DNA from: Isurus oxyrinchus
Taxonomy: Eukaryota
Length of the DNA: 64,000 bases
Assembly: GCA_026770705.1 (NCBI GenBank)
Contig: JANJGN010000036.1
Span: 1,612,001-1,676,000, forward strand
Direction of reading: 5' to 3'
The position numbers and the translations under genes are program-made. Below, in pieces: positions 25,920 through 40,020 of this stretch. Numbering within the stretch: the first letter of the stretch is position 1; every line of letters begins with the position of its first letter. The notes under the pieces are model-generated. The model did no database searches, was not told where the DNA came from, and saw nothing but the letters and a program-made list of their open reading frames with translations.

Positions 25920-26500
25920 CATGCACACACACATTCAAACACACATACTCCCTTAGACGGATACATATGCACTCACCCACATTCATGCATACACAGTCAC
26001 ACACACTCACTCACACACATACACTTGCATAGACTGATACCGTCACATCACTCAGCCATTTTCATACACATACACTCAATCTCGGAGACACACACAGACA
26101 AGCACACGCACACTTGTAAACAAAGGTACGTACACACACACACAGTAAAAACATTGTTACCAAGGTGTATTAACACATCTTTTTTTCGCACAGACACACA
26201 CTCACTCACACACTTACTGTCGTATAGACAGACACACTCACCCACAATCAGATACACAAACAGATAACTCAGACTCACACGCACACTGCCACACACATTC
26301 ATGAACACACACACATTCATATATGCATTCAAACAAAGACATACTCACACACACAGCACAGACACACACTGGTACACACAGTCGCACACACACGCATTCT
26401 TACATACACATACACAGACACACTCACAACCACACAGACACTTACACAATTTCACACAAACACAAAGACACATTTACACATTCGCATGAACACACCCTCA

Positions 26501-26573
<73 letters not shown>

Positions 26574-26580
26574 AGAGAGA
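25920..26580. repeat. Degenerate and pure (CA)n microsatellite
   Basis: Direct read; pure (CA)n run at ~26503-26570. Confidence 0.9.
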
Positions 26581-27050
26581 GCAGGCAGAGTTAATGTCAA
26601 TCTCACTCTAGTCAACCCGGGTAATTTATTAGAATAACACAGAGTTGAAACCCTCTTGCATACTTTCTCTTTACTGATCTATCTCTCTGCTGGACACTTT
26701 CAGAATCAGACTCACACACACCTTTACCAGTGTACCCTCTGCTGGATGATGACGTCAGAATCACACACACGCACGGAAATATATATATATATATGTGCTT
26801 TTACAATTCTTCAGACAGAGGGGGGCAGATCAAATGCGATCTGATTCAATGGCCGCACCAGCTTCAGGGAGGAACTCAATGGCTTCATACCTTCTCCAAT
26901 GTCCCGAGAGAATTAGTGGGTCAAACTATTAAAAGACAAACTGAGAAGTGATTTAAGGGGATATTTCACACACAAAGTGAGTATTATTGGGAATGGTTCT
27001 CTGGGTAACAAGAATAGGAGACATGGGCAGGGAGAGGGCTGTGAAGCCAC

Positions 27051-28097
27051 TGTAAGGAACACACATTTAGGAAAATTGGAAGGCCAGTTACTTTCGGACA
27101 CTCTTCCCTCCTAAGTTGTTTTTAAAAGCCTACAATTTTAACCCCAGACTGCGAACGTGCTAGTAAAACACAAGTCAACAGCTATGTGTCCATCAGGGAC
27201 CCCTGGTGAAAGAAGAGTCGCCTTTTTTAAACATAGCTTAAGGAGTTGCTGTTGCCAGGCTGGAGAATCTGGATGGCTGTTTGAAAGCACCTGGCCTGAG
27301 AGAAGAATTCACTGAACATTTTATTATTTTTGAACTCAGCTTCGGTGTGTGTGTACATGTGTACATGTGTCTGTGTTTATTTATGTGCATATGCGTGTGT
27401 GTATGTTAGCATGCTTGTTTGTTTGTTTATGTGTGTGTGTGTGTGTGTGCATATGTGGGCATATGTGTGCACCTTGGAGACAGGCTGCATAAGGAAGACT
27501 CACTCTCTCCCTTTTATATTTCATGCAGATCAGAATGAGCTCACGCTCTGTCAGAAAATTTTCAAAGTATAGCTGATCTATCTTTTGAAAGTCTCTAAAT
27601 TGTGACCAGCGAGGATTATCAAAGACAGTACAGCACCAAGCATCCACCTGAAAGGACTTCCAGATCCACTGTGACCATAAATTGGTTAGATCAACAGAGT
27701 CGAGACATTTTACACCTTTATCCTTATTAAAAACGCCCCCCTACTTTAGTCTCTGCAGATACCCTGTTTGCATTCTCCAGTTTTGTCTTTACAAGTGTAA
27801 GGATATTGGGATATCTCTTTTTAAAGAAGATGGAAAATCGTTGAACTTCCAAATTATAAATTGTATGTTAACCAGTTTGTAAATTATTTCTTTAAAAAAG
27901 CTTGTTTGATAATAAATCGATTATTTTGTGTTTAATAAAAGAAGCCTGGTTAAAGTATTTTTATTCTGAGTAAAGCAGTAACAAAGGTAAACAATTGCCC
28001 AGTTTGGTGAGGAAATTAAACATTTTCACTATTATTGTGACCTGTGGAGATGTGGGGCTGGAGGTGAAAGTGCACAACACCCTTCATTACCCGTAAC
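27051..28097 (+). mobile_element. Probable solo LTR (~1.05 kb)
   Basis: Begins TGTAAG and ends CGTAACA (TG...CA); two AATAAA near the 3' end; flanks ccac/cccc resemble a 4-bp TSD with one mismatch. Confidence 0.5.
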
Positions 28098-29559
28098 ACC
28101 CCCTTGAACTATTAAATTAACAATTGTTGCCCTATTTGAGAAGCATAGAAACTGATCGTGTATTCGAGCTGAGTTTGCTGGAATGAACTTTTCCATTGAC
28201 ATCTTGTAACAATTGCTTCCAAATTCACTTTGACAACATCTATCTAGAATATATTTTTACAGCAGAATAAGCTGATGTTAATTTGGCAACATATCTATCC
28301 GTTAGGAACAGGAATCACAATAGGTAATTAGACCAGAGTTTGATAACCAATCCAATCACTCTGTCATCATCATATCAAAGTTTCCATTCTGGCATTTTAA
28401 TATTTATGAAATTTAAGCTGTCATGGAAATATACCATATCACTGAACCATCACCTCAATTTTACTTGCACATTTGACTGATCTTCCAATGAAGGGGGGTG
28501 GGGGGGGGGGGGGGGTTTGGGCGGGGGGGGTGGGGGGAGTGCGGGTGGTATTTTTGTTAACGCTTGTGAATGATTAATTTCGTGAGCTAACCTATTTTAG
28601 GCGCAGCCGATAGGTTGTGCTGTAAGCAATATAGATGCTAACATTTACTTGGAGTTGTATTATAAGAGGACTACATCTGAAGGTAATGAGGATATAGCTG
28701 GGGTGTTGGACTGAAGGCCACATTCATTGATCCAACGCAGGTGTGACTGGCAGCAGGACCTCCTTCTGCGCTGTAAGTGGCTGCGATTCTCTGAGTTTTG
28801 GAGGTAAAGGCCACTGAAATGCATTATCGAATAGGCAGCTGGATTGTAAACAATTACCTTTAAAGAGTAAATGCAACCATGTTCACTCCCAAGATACAAC
28901 CAGTGAGATCACCTTGTCCACTAACACTTCAGTTTAGATATTAAAGCAGCCGAAATCACAGCCATTGCATGGGCAACCTTCTCATTCCTTAACCCAGTTT
29001 CGACGCCTTACAAATTCGCTCTCTAAATGTCTTTGTAACTTGGTCTCAGAGATATTCTGATTGCACCTGGTGTGATACGTTAAAATGAAAAGAATCGCAA
29101 GGCTAACAATGCATTTTAATACTCTTTCAATATAGTGGCAGTTTGGACACAGATGCGTTGCAAAGGTTACTTGAATTATATACTGCACATATGTTGCATA
29201 ATAATGTACAATGCAGTCATAAACACCATTACAAGACAATAGAAACCAGGAGAGGCTGGACTGGAAATGCAGGCGATATTTCTTCGTTAGAATGGCGGCC
29301 ATCAGGAAAGAATTCCGTTTCCGTTTCGGGCATAATCGCAAAATTGCGTCGAGTGTGCACCAGAATTTTCGCCAGTGGGTTTTCAGATTTCCAAGCCATC
29401 GGAGGAAACGTCCTAAAAGACGTCATGCCTGGTAAGAAGCCTGTGAGCAAACTCTTTCCTCGCCCATCAGAGTGTGGGATCGTGGTTAAAGGCCAGGCGA
29501 GCGTAACATGTCTGTGGAATGAATGCAAATCAGAATGTGTTCACATAACCCACACCATC

Positions 29560-29920
29560 ATCATTGGATAGGAGGCGGCCATTCAGCCGTTGCGGTCCAG
29601 TCAAGTAGGTGCTGACTGATATGTACTTTAACTCCCAGCTAACCGCCTTAGTTCCCTAACTCTTTGTCCCCTTACATAAGAAATACCTCTCAATCTCATT
29701 TCTGACAGTTACATTGATTCCCAGCTTCACCAGCTTTCTGGGGGACCGATTTCCAGATTTCCAATCAGGTCTTCCTGCCCACACGGCTGAAGGGCCTCGC
29801 TCTAAATTGAAGGTTCTATACCCTTGTTTCGAATCTCCCACCAGAGAAAACAGTTCCTCTCCATCGACCCTTTTGAATTTTTTCTTCATTTAAACCCATC
29901 GATTCCATCGCTCATTAATC
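29560..29920 (-). mobile_element. CR1 LINE 3' end fragment
   Basis: Reverse ORF FKRVDGEELFSLVGDSK...; 3' tail motif ggaggcggccattcagcc. Confidence 0.7.
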
Positions 29921-30974
29921 TTAAAAACTGGAGTCTGTGTTCTGCTGTGGAGCTCACTCTGCGTTTTTTTCTCTAAAATCATATAATAAAATCTATTAAT
30001 TGTAAATCTTTGATTAAAAATCAGTTAAAAATATCCACGCCTTTATGGTAACGCTGCTTCCAATATTTTATCTCTTCACCCCGTCGGTGTTCTCTGGAAT
30101 CTGTCAGTTTCTTATCAATGCTAATGTTACCTGGTAGAAAGGAAAATACAAACCGAGTTTAAATAGCCACATTTCACACTGAACCGGTTGAAAGTGTCAA
30201 TAACCCATTGATAAATGGATAGATTGAGAGCGCCGTGAAGTTTCAGCGTCTCCCAACAATCGCCACCTGTCTGCCGGTTCCTGCAGCTCCTTTTCCCAGC
30301 GACAATGATCAGCTCCAAAAGTAGAAGCGCCGCAGACGACACACTCGCCGAAAGCGGTGAATGTGCAAGATATAAACTTTCATTTAAAAAATTGAGGAAA
30401 ATAATTAGAATTTTTTTTGAAAAAAATCTCAATGTGTAATTTTAGCCTAAAACGAAAACAGATTTTCATATTTCACCATCCTGGAATTGAGCAGAGATCT
30501 TAAATAACACTATTTAATAGAGAAATAGAGAGAACGAGAGTAATAGGTAGAGGAAAGCTGGAATAGAACGCTGTTCAAGTAGGACATGAATTGTCTGATA
30601 GAGACATTTCTATCAGTTTCACCAGAAGTGCCGTTTCACCAGGATAGAAATACATAAATTGATGGCTTGGGAAAATAGAAGGAAAGACTTTTAGATTATT
30701 CTTTATATATATATATAGAGAGAGAGATAAATGTAGCAGAAATGTTATGCTGCAACATTGAACCAGCACAGAAATTGACAAGAGAATCGACAGATAGTTA
30801 TAGATAAAGAGTTCAATAGATAGAACAATAGATGGGGACAGAGCCCGACAGACAAATACAGAGAGAGCGAAAAAGAGAGGGAGGGAGAAACAGGCGGACA
30901 GAGAAGGAGAAAGGAAGAAAGAAACAGACAGAGATGGAAAGAACAGAGAGAGAGAGAGAGAGAGTTACAAACAG

Positions 30975-32095
30975 GCTTATACCACACCAGCAGGTTGGTT
31001 GGTAAAATTAAAATACATAGGATAGGAGTTAATGTACTGGATTAACGATTGGTCAACAGGCAGAACACAGCGGGTAGGAATAAAGTGGCCATTCCCGCGT
31101 TGGCAGGTTGTGAGACGTGAGGTAACACAGGGATCCGTACTCGGGTCCAGCTGTTCACAACATATATCAATGATTTGGAAGTGAGAGCCAAACGTCACAT
31201 TTCAAATTTCGCCGATTACACAAGGCTCGGTGTTGTGAAAAAGACGCAACGTGGCTTCAAGAGGATTTAGACATTTAAGTGATTGGGCAAGAATATGGCA
31301 GATGGAATATAATGTGGGCAACTGTGAGGTTCTCCTCTTTGGTAGGAGGAACAGATGCGTAGAGTTCGTCTTAAACAGCAAGTAAATAAAAAGTGTAGAT
31401 GTACAAAAGGATCTGTGTGATTTTGTCAATATGCCACTGAAGGCCAACAAGCAGATGCAAGCAGGAAAGCTAATGGTATGTTGGCCTTTATCGCAAGTGG
31501 ATTTCGGTACAGAGGTAGCAAAGTCTTTTTCAATTCCATGGAACATTGGTTAGTCTGCACCTGGAGCACTGTATGTAATTTTTTGCGCCTTAAGTTAGGA
31601 AGGATATCATTGCCACAGAGAGAGCGCAACGAAAGTTTACCGGGCCTGTTTTCGGGATGGAAGGATTCTCCGATGAAGTGAGATTGGGGAGAAGAGGCCT
31701 GCATTCTGCAGAGACTCGAAGCATGAGAGGTGATCTCATTCAAACCAGCAAATAAATGAAAGGGATAGAGAGGGAAGATGCAGGGAAAATGTTTCCCCAT
31801 GAGAGATTCTCGAACCGGAGATCACAATTTCAAAATAAGGGGGAAGCCAGTCAGGACCAAGATGAAGATTTTTCTTTTTAAAACAGAGGATTGTGGATCT
31901 TTGGAATTCTCTGCCACGGAGTGCTGTGGAAAGTGAGTCATTCATTGTGTTTAGAGATTGACAGGTTTCTAAGCAACAAAGACGTAAAGGGATATGGCGA
32001 AGTGCATTGACGTGCATGATCAGCCATGATGCTATTAAATGGTGGAGTCGGGTCGATGGGCTGAATGGCCTACTCCTGCTCCTATGTTCCTATGA
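30975..32095 (+). mobile_element. 5'-truncated CR1 LINE (RT and 3' UTR) in the C1-TM intron of gene A
   Basis: Decayed RT motifs (QGSVLGP, KFAD) and the 3' tail ggcctactcctgctcctatgttcctatg. Confidence 0.85.
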
Positions 32096-34389
32096 CAGAT
32101 AAAGCTGAATTTAGGGAGAGCTGTATATATAGAGAGAGGGATGGATAAACAGATCAACCGATGCAGCATACATCTTATGCCACCCTAGGACAGAAAAAGA
32201 TGGAATGAAAGAGGGAGAGAGTGAAAGAGACACCATGATAAACAGCTAAAAAGATAGGCAAATAGATCAGATATACTCTTCAGCAATTTTTAAGTGAGAC
32301 GGACAGAAATGCCGTGAATATTATTTAGATAGACAGACAGTGAGGGGAATCGATAATTTAAGGCAGGCATGGGAAGACAGAGTGGTGTGGGAATGTGAAC
32401 GCTCCTTTCAATTTTACACACAGACAACTGAGTCACTGCAATCGAGTCACGTCAACATGGGCTGAACAGAGGGGAATACAAATACATGGAAGCGGGAAGA
32501 TGTCATTGAGGCTCTCGAGTCTTCTCCGCCGTTTAATAACATCATGACGCATATTGTATAGCAACCTCGTCTTCCCTCACAGTCCCCATCTCCCTCATCA
32601 TCTTAGTGTCCAAAAATCAATCTCAGTGACTGAGTATCATCAGCTCTATGGGTAGGGAGAACAGGCTGTTTTAAAATTTCAGAAAACTCCAAAAGTTTCA
32701 GAGGTCTGTGATAGGTCGATGATGAAATGATTTTACATTCACAGACATACGGAAAGATGGGCACTTGTAATTTACAAAGTTCACTACTCTCAGTACAGCC
32801 TCACATCAGCAGTAAATGGCTTGGTAAAAGCTGACAGTTAATATCTACCTCTCTGAAATGAGATACTTGCACTGAGAATATTTTCACTCGAGTTGAGTTG
32901 AACGGTGCAAGTACAGAAAGCGCCCCTGCTCCAAGTTTCCGCCGAGAGGCGAGTGTAACTAATGGTGTAGGTCCCGTCCGACTCAATTGTCCCGGAATCG
33001 GTCTGACCCTCGATATCCCGCCCGGAAACTTCCCAGCGGACAGGAAAGGAATCGGGGGACGAGACTTTGATGAAACAGAACAACGGGGCACTTTCCATCG
33101 AAGGAATCTCATCTTCCGGCGGGGTCAGGAGGAATATGGTCGGGGAACACTCTAACTTGTTAAATGTAACAGAAACCCCATTAATAGCTGAAACCAGGAA
33201 CTTACAATTGTTGTAGAAATGCCTGCTTTAATATAATGATGATGAAATTTATCTGTATTCACTAACTGGGAGCCATTTCCAAATATTAATGCCCTCTTCT
33301 GGTAATTACGGATTGCACAGTAATGCATTCCAGAATCATTTCTCCGGGTAAATGCAATGAGCAGTGAATAATTACCCACTTTGCCAGAAACCTCACCGGA
33401 AATTCTCCCCTGTGCTAGGAGGTGCTTGCCCGCTCTGTAAACCAGCTTCATGTCATTTCGCTCCCACTGTCTTAACAGAGGATGAGTCCAGCTACTGAGC
33501 TCCCCGTGTAGCAGCTCCGGTTAGCGCGGCTCCCCGCAGGGCATGTCTGAACCGGCGGAGACTGGGGAAATACTGGCTGAGACACAATAACTGAGCAGAG
33601 AGAGAAAACAATTAGAGCCTCCTCAGGTTATGGAGCTCATCCCGAATCCAACCTCTGGTGAATATGCGCGGCTAGGGAAGAAAAAGAAAACATTTCAAAA
33701 TATTGGCCTTTGCGGAAAATTAAGCACCGCCGCGCCCACAGTTAAACTCTCGCTGTATAAGGATTTGTTTGCGCCATTCCCCACAACCCCACCGTCTACA
33801 GGCCCAGCCGGAAACCATTCACCAGTCCATTCAGTTTAATCGCATACGAACTGTATCAAGGTAATAACGTAAATAGGTTCCTCAAAAATAATTGCTCAAA
33901 TATTTTTTGTTCTCTCATTCATCCTTCGTTTCCTGTTCTGCGCTGGCTTTGCGCACTTGATTTTGTTCAAGAGATAATAATTTACTCTAATGCTCTACTT
34001 GAAACACTCTCCTCTTCTCAATGACTAGAAACGTTCATGGAGCACACTCCTATTTTTCTCTCAGGGAAGATTACATTTCTGATTAATCATCTTTATTGTT
34101 AGGAACTGAATCACAGCATTTCCTACTTTGTTGAATATATTCCTTCCTTTAAATTAAAGTGGCAATTCAGAGAACTGCAAAGTACAAGAGGGGGCATTCC
34201 TACCTGTGCAGGCTGTTTGAACGATCTGTGCCTTTATTCCCAACTCTCCAGCCGGTCTTTCCCGCATCGGCCTGCAAATGTTTCCCCTTCATGTATTTAT
34301 CTAATTCTCCTTTCGAAAGCCCCGAGTGAATCTGCTTCCACGGCACTTTCAGGCAGAGATTTCCACTTCACAAAACCTAACTGTGCAGG

Positions 34390-34730
34390 GGAGGTGATGG
34401 TTTTGTGTATTGCTGATGGACTAGTAATCCCGACACCCGGGGTAATGCTTTCTCTGGCGACCGGGGATAAAATCCCGTCACGGCAGTTGGTTAAATCGGC
34501 AGGTTTGAATTCAAATAAATTACGGAGTTAAAAGTCTAATGATGACCAGGAAACTATTGTTGTAAAAGGCAATCTGCTTCACTTGTGCACTTTAGGGAAG
34601 GAAATCTGCTGTCCTTACCTGGTCTGCTCTACATGTGACTCCAGACTACTCTTAAATGCCCTCTGAACCAGGGAAGGGTGATCAATGCTGGCCTGGCCCG
34701 CCGACATCCCATGAACGAATATAAAAACTC
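34390..34730 (+). mobile_element. tRNA-derived SINE (related copies ~36810-37070 +, ~39525-39775 -, ~50065-50450 -, ~60980-61320 -)
   Basis: Shared body ggactagtaatcc...gggtaatgct...ctttagggaaggaaatctgc...catgtgactccagac and an A-rich tail. Confidence 0.75.
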
Positions 34731-35059
34731 ATCTGTTGTTCTTTCACCCATACTCTTCAGCCTATGTTCCTCTGTTTACTAACGCTCCTGCCAGTGGCAA
34801 CAGTTTCTCCTTATTTAGCACTCCGAACATGTCAGGATATCTCACCCTGGACGAGAAGGGACGATACAAAGACACCGAGGAAGCTCATCGCCCACGACCC
34901 AAGGCGAGACTCTGAACCGTGGATCCGAATCTCACTGAGAACTTGCTCCTGTTCTCTCGGCGTGGCAGAGGTGCGAAACATGCAGAGTGAAAGGCGCTTT
35001 GTGTTTATTAATAAGTGCACGATTGCAGTTGGAAAATACTGCCGAGGGAGACAGTTCTC

Positions 35060-35073
35060 TGCGGTTTCCTGTT
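35060..35073 (-). promoter_or_regulatory. Candidate ETS-RUNX composite site upstream of the gene A leader
   Basis: Reverse strand AACAGGAAACCGCA = ETS core AGGAA overlapping RUNX ACCGCA, ~170 bp upstream of the ATG. Confidence 0.4.
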
Positions 35074-38000
35074 CATTGCAGCTCAGAGTGTTGTCACGCA
35101 CTCAGCAACTGCTTTACAAAATATATGTTGTTACTCATATTAGTTAGGTCAAACTTAGAGTGCATAGCACAGGCCCACACATTTTAGAAAATATACCGAG
35201 GCACTGAAGAAGGTGCAGTAAAGATTACATAACTTTGATACAAGAGCTGAGAGGTTGTAACTATTAACGAATAGGCTTTTTAAAAATACATTCACGGGGT
35301 GTGGGCTGCAGGAACTCAGCAAGCTTCCTTCATAACAGCTTCCAAACCCACGATGGCTGCCACCTACAAGCACAAGGGCAGCAGACATAGTGGAACACCA
35401 CCACCTCGAGGTTCCCCTCCAAGCCACTCACAATCCTGACTAGCAAATATGTCACCACTGTGTCACTGTTGCTGGGTCAAAATTCTGCAACTCACGCATT
35501 TTGCCCTTGAAGTATTTATCTAATTCCCCTTTCGAAAACCCCGAGTAAATCTGTTTCCAACGCCCTTTCAGGCAGAGAGTTCCACTTCACAAAACCTAAC
35601 TGTGCAGGGGAGGTGATGGTTTTGTGTATTGCTGTTGGACTAGTAATCCCAATACCCTGGGTAATGCTCTCTCTGGGGACCCGGGTTAAAATCCCATGAC
35701 TGCAACTTTCACTCTTTAGAGGTAAATATTAGCTCAGAGACTTGGAGAGAAATCGTCTCTCCATGCCCCATTTTAGAACTTGGGCCATGGCATCATTCAC
35801 TTATACATGAGGGGGGCAGTCAGAGCCTCGGCTTAATGTCTCACAATGAGTAAAATCTTCAGCTTGATTTACAAATGCTAAACCGACAGTTAGAGCCTGC
35901 ATCACAGGAACGTTCAAATATTTCGAAGATTTTTGCATTTAATAAATATTTATCTTATTCTAACTCGTAACGATGGTGTAATTTGCAGAGATGTGGAGTC
36001 ACTGATGAACCTCACCCTGAGTCATTGGAATAACAGGCTGGTTCTCCGTGAAATCCTGCTTCACGTTTTAAATTCTATTGCCCTCACATGCAGAGTTCAC
36101 AATAAACTGACATTCGTTTCTCTCAATCAGCCTTCAGTCAAATCCCAATTTAGACAGATCGTTTTTAAAATGCCTCTGGCAATTCACCTCGCGGATGACT
36201 GGGCTGCAGTTTGTAAGCAAATCTCGGGTGGAAGCACTGCTGCGATGGAGTGAAGAGCTAACTGGGCCAAGGGGAGAGACAGGGCAAGCGCGACCTATCG
36301 ACCCTGCTCCAGATCAGAGGGAATTTAATATACTACAGTCTAGGTCACTTGTTTTAAAACACTACAGGTAAAAAAAAAAGAAACTTGACACAATATTATT
36401 TAGTGACACTACATCTTTAATTTGCTCGTGTTTCGTTAATGCGTCTACTTCCCCCTATCAAACACTGCTACTGTCCAATTCGTTCACAGTGGGATGAGAA
36501 TACCCTGGGGCTCTTGTGATGTTGAAAACTCCTAATCTGTCTGGTGTAAATTCCTCACACCCCACATTGAATCCCGCTTCGAGTTTCTAAAATCAGATTG
36601 CAACGCTCTCAGGTTGGGAAAGAAGAACGCTTTGCATTTTTGGTAAATTAGTTGATTTGGAGCTATTGGTGCAGATGGAAAACTGCGCTGCCTATGCCCA
36701 AATTTACATTTCAAACTTTAGTTGAACCCTTTGTAAAGCCAAAGACATGGAACCACTCACTGCAATTGACTGAAGGGTTATTGAAGTAATAGGCAAATAG
36801 GATATTTAGCTGAGGTGGTGGCATCGTTTATCGTCACTGGATTAGTAACCCAAAGTTTCACCGAGGGTAATGCTCTGGCAACCTGGTTTGATTCACACTG
36901 GGGGGGTGGAATATTAATTTTTAAAAATCTAGAATTAAAAGCCCATTTCCATTAAAGCCCAGCTGGTTCGCTTTCGGGGAGCAAACTGGCCGTCTTTACA
37001 TGGCCTGCCCTGCATATGATACCAGCAATGTGGTTCAGTGTTAACCGCCATCTGTAATGGCCGAGTGAACCACTCAGATGTATGAACCTGCTACAAATTC
37101 TAAAACCTGACGGGCCATCCAGCACCGACCAGAAAAGGCAATGCAGCAAACTCAGCCCTGCCCAAACCCTGTACAATTCCCCTAACTAACATCTGGCAGC
37201 CGCCTCGCAGTCAGTCAAGCAAGAGCCAGACAAAGCCATATACACGGATTCATGACTCACAGATAAAGTGCAAGACAGCATCTTTACCCATCTCTGGGTA
37301 CGTCCTGTGCCACCGGCAGGACAGGCCCAGCAGAGGTGGCGGCATGGCTGTATACAGTCGGGGTCGATTTGCCCTGGGTAGTCCTCAGCGTCGACTCCGG
37401 GCCGCACGAAGTCCCCAGGGCATCAGGTCAGACATGGGCAGAGCAAACTGCTGCTTGGTCAATTCATTCGTTTCTGGAATTCCCACAGGAGAAGCGATCG
37501 GATTATAATCTCAAATCAGCAAAATCCGTGCTGGAAATTCTCTGCAATGCTTCTAAGTGAGAGATGCCAAGGATTCTTGAGGGGACTGAGGAGGAACACG
37601 GACACTGGGAGGCAGGAACACGTTACATTAGTTCCAATGAGAAGAGCCTGATGGAGTGAATTGCTCTCAGAATGGGTTCTGAAATGAGCTGACAGTGTTG
37701 TTCCTTACTGAGTGTCAGAACTGTTGTGCAGAAATGCTTGACCTTGAATAACAAAGAAGAGAGTCAGTAAACCTGGCCGCAGAGAGCAGGACTGGGCAGC
37801 AAAGAGGCGCATTGGCTGTGACCGCGGCTGTTTACTGTGACTCTCAGAAAGGCGCGTCGCTCACAACCCATTCCGGGCCTGTGTAAAACACATAGAGGGG
37901 AGGAAATCACTGACCCACATTCTGAAAGCTTTATTCTTGCGATGGAAAATGCTGGTCGAGGCAGAAAATTTAGGTGGTTTTCCTGTTATTGCAGTTGAGG

Positions 38001-38869
38001 CGTGTCACGTACAAAGCTTCCTGCAGAGGCCAAAGATTGAGACCAACTTTTAAACCGCAGAGGGAGGAGGCTTTGCCACCCACGATAGAATTGATGGAAC
38101 AGAACAGGCTGGTTCACATTGACCTCATTGATAATGTCCACATCGCTGTGACTGCTGGCTGCTGCTTATCTACACAGCCCGGCGTTTGAATCAAATGAAC
38201 TGATCCTCAATGTTATTCAAAAACGATGCGCTCCCTTTACCTGTGGAGAACGTGCATTGCAATTTAATATCGAGACACACGCACCACTGCAAAGCCTCCC
38301 CAAGGCTGACACCGCCGAGAAGGACAAGGGTGGGGGTGCATGTGAACACCACATACTCCTATTACACTCCAAGCCTCACAGCAGCTTCATTTAGAATTTT
38401 ATCCGCGTTTCCTTCTTGGGTCTGGGTCAAAATCCAGGAACCCCCTTCCAAACAACATTTTGGGGTGTACCTGTACCACATGAACTTAAACTGTTCAAGA
38501 AAGGGGTTCGCTTCCAGCCTGACAATGGGCAATTCGGCTTGGGCAATAAATGCCCCCTAGCTGGTGAAACTCACATCCCAATATCAAATAAAAATAAAGG
38601 AAGAGACACTTGAGTTCAAGAAAAATGAAGGGATCTGTGTGTGTGTGTGTCATATTCTGAGAAACGTTTCACTCACTGTCCCTCAGCTCCACTCCTTTAA
38701 AGCATTTTCTCAGTTCAGATTCTGGGAGATTTCCTCTCTCTGGCTGGTGCTGAATTCCAACTGAGAATTATTTTCCATTAAATCCTAACGCAGATCTTTC
38801 GGAAAACCTGCGCCATTTGGCTGGGATTGGCCCCCTTCATCAATCTTACTTCCTGAGGTTAATAACAGA

Positions 38870-39500
38870 TTGCAGACAGGGTAAAATTCCATTCAAATAT
38901 AAGAGAATAAAGTTGAACAGCAAAGAAACTATGTTCTTATATCGTGCCTTGTTGAGACCACGCTTCAACGAACTGTGCACAGACCTAGCACTCATATTAT
39001 TACAATAAAAAGACACTGAGGCACTGGAGAAAGTTCAAAGAAGATTTAGAAGGATGTTATTAGAACTGAGAGGTTACAAGTAACAGCAAGCAATGAACAG
39101 GCTGGGTCTTTTATCTCTGGAAAGCTGAAGGTTGAAATGTGACCCGATAGATGTCTTTAAAATCCTTAAAGGTCTAGATGGGGTAGGCGCAGGAAAGGTG
39201 TTTCCAGTTGTGAGGGGGAGGCCAGAAATAGGGGCCTTCGATAAAGGATTGTCAACAATTCATCCAAACTGGTGTAGGGAGAAAGTCCGACACGCAGAGA
39301 ATGGGGAGAATATGGATGATGCTCCCACGGGGAGTGGTTGTTATGAATAGCCGAAATAAATTTAATGGGGGAATCTGAATCAACACATGAGGGCAAAACA
39401 AACAGAAGATATATTGATGGGATGAGATGAAGAAAGAGTGGGAGGAGGCTCAGCTGCAGCAAAAACACTGATAGAGAGCAAATGAGCCGAATGGCTTTTT
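38870..39500 (+). mobile_element. CR1 LINE 3' fragment
   Basis: LYRALLRPRF..., CDPIDVFKILKGLDGV resemble the CR1 ORF2 C-terminus. Confidence 0.8.
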
Positions 39501-39779
39501 TCTGAGCTGGAAGTTATTTTTTTTAAATTCATGCATGGGAAGTGGGTATCGCCGGCTTGGCCAGCATTTATTATCCATCACTAATTGTGCTTTGTCAGAG
39601 GGGCATTTAAGGGCCAACCACATTGCTGTTGTTCTGGAGTCACATGTAGGCCAGACCAAGTAAGGATGGCAGATTTACTTCCCTAAAGGTCATTAATGAG
39701 CTAAGTGGGGTTTTACAGCAATCGACAATAGTTTCATGGTCATCATTAGACTTTTAATTACAGATTTTTAAATTCATTT

Positions 39780-40020
39780 GGAATCATTCCTCAGGGCATT
39801 ACCTTGACCAATCAGGATCAAGCTGCCTGAATTAAATTTCAAACAATGCTCGGCAGTTAACAGTCAGTCACAATCACTGGTGCATTCCCTGTGGCAACGC
39901 CACTTGTAAACCAATCAGCACTATCTTCCCATACGATATAAATTGTTGTTTTGCCCATTATTCTTTCGAGTGTCCTGATGAGTGCAAGATGAAAAGCAGC
40001 GACATGTCTCTTTTTCCAGC
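39780..40020 (+). mobile_element. Penelope-like pseudo-LTR fragment with CCAAT/TATA boxes and a degenerate minimal hammerhead motif
   Basis: Two CCAATCAG, TATAAAT, then tgtc-CTGATGA-gtgcaagat-GAAA-agcagc-gaca at 39971-40004. Confidence 0.6.

Larger units (their letters stand above)
30080..34888 (-). pseudogene. Non-rearranging VJ-C1-TM immunoglobulin-superfamily gene A (antigen-receptor-like, PRARP/VJC1-like), disabled. Exons: leader 34846-34888, VJ 33253-33590, C1 32849-33151, TM 30267-30362, cytoplasmic 30080-30130
   Basis: Leader MSFLGVFVSSLLVQ|gtgag. V: QSPPVQTCPAGSRANRSC...(W)LRQ...DSGMHYCAIRNYQKRALIFGNGSQLV, with the FGxG J motif contiguous and no RSS. C1: PTIFLLTPP...LFCFI...VRWEVSG...DGTYTIS...ETWSRGAFCTCTV. 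TM: SAALLLLELIIVAGKR. Lesions: 1-nt deletion at the V Trp codon (~33475), V donor GT>AT (33252), TM acceptor AG>AC. Confidence 0.85.

Noticed and set aside
33253-33590. Gene A/B V exons as rearranging TCR/Ig V segments
   Set aside because: No heptamer-spacer-nonamer follows the V; the J-like strand is contiguous and the C1 exon is ~100 bp away. TACTGTG is just the Tyr-Cys codons. Germline-joined origin is not formally excluded.
34390-34480. tRNA gene
   Set aside because: Only decayed A/B-box heads of SINEs; no complete cloverleaf.
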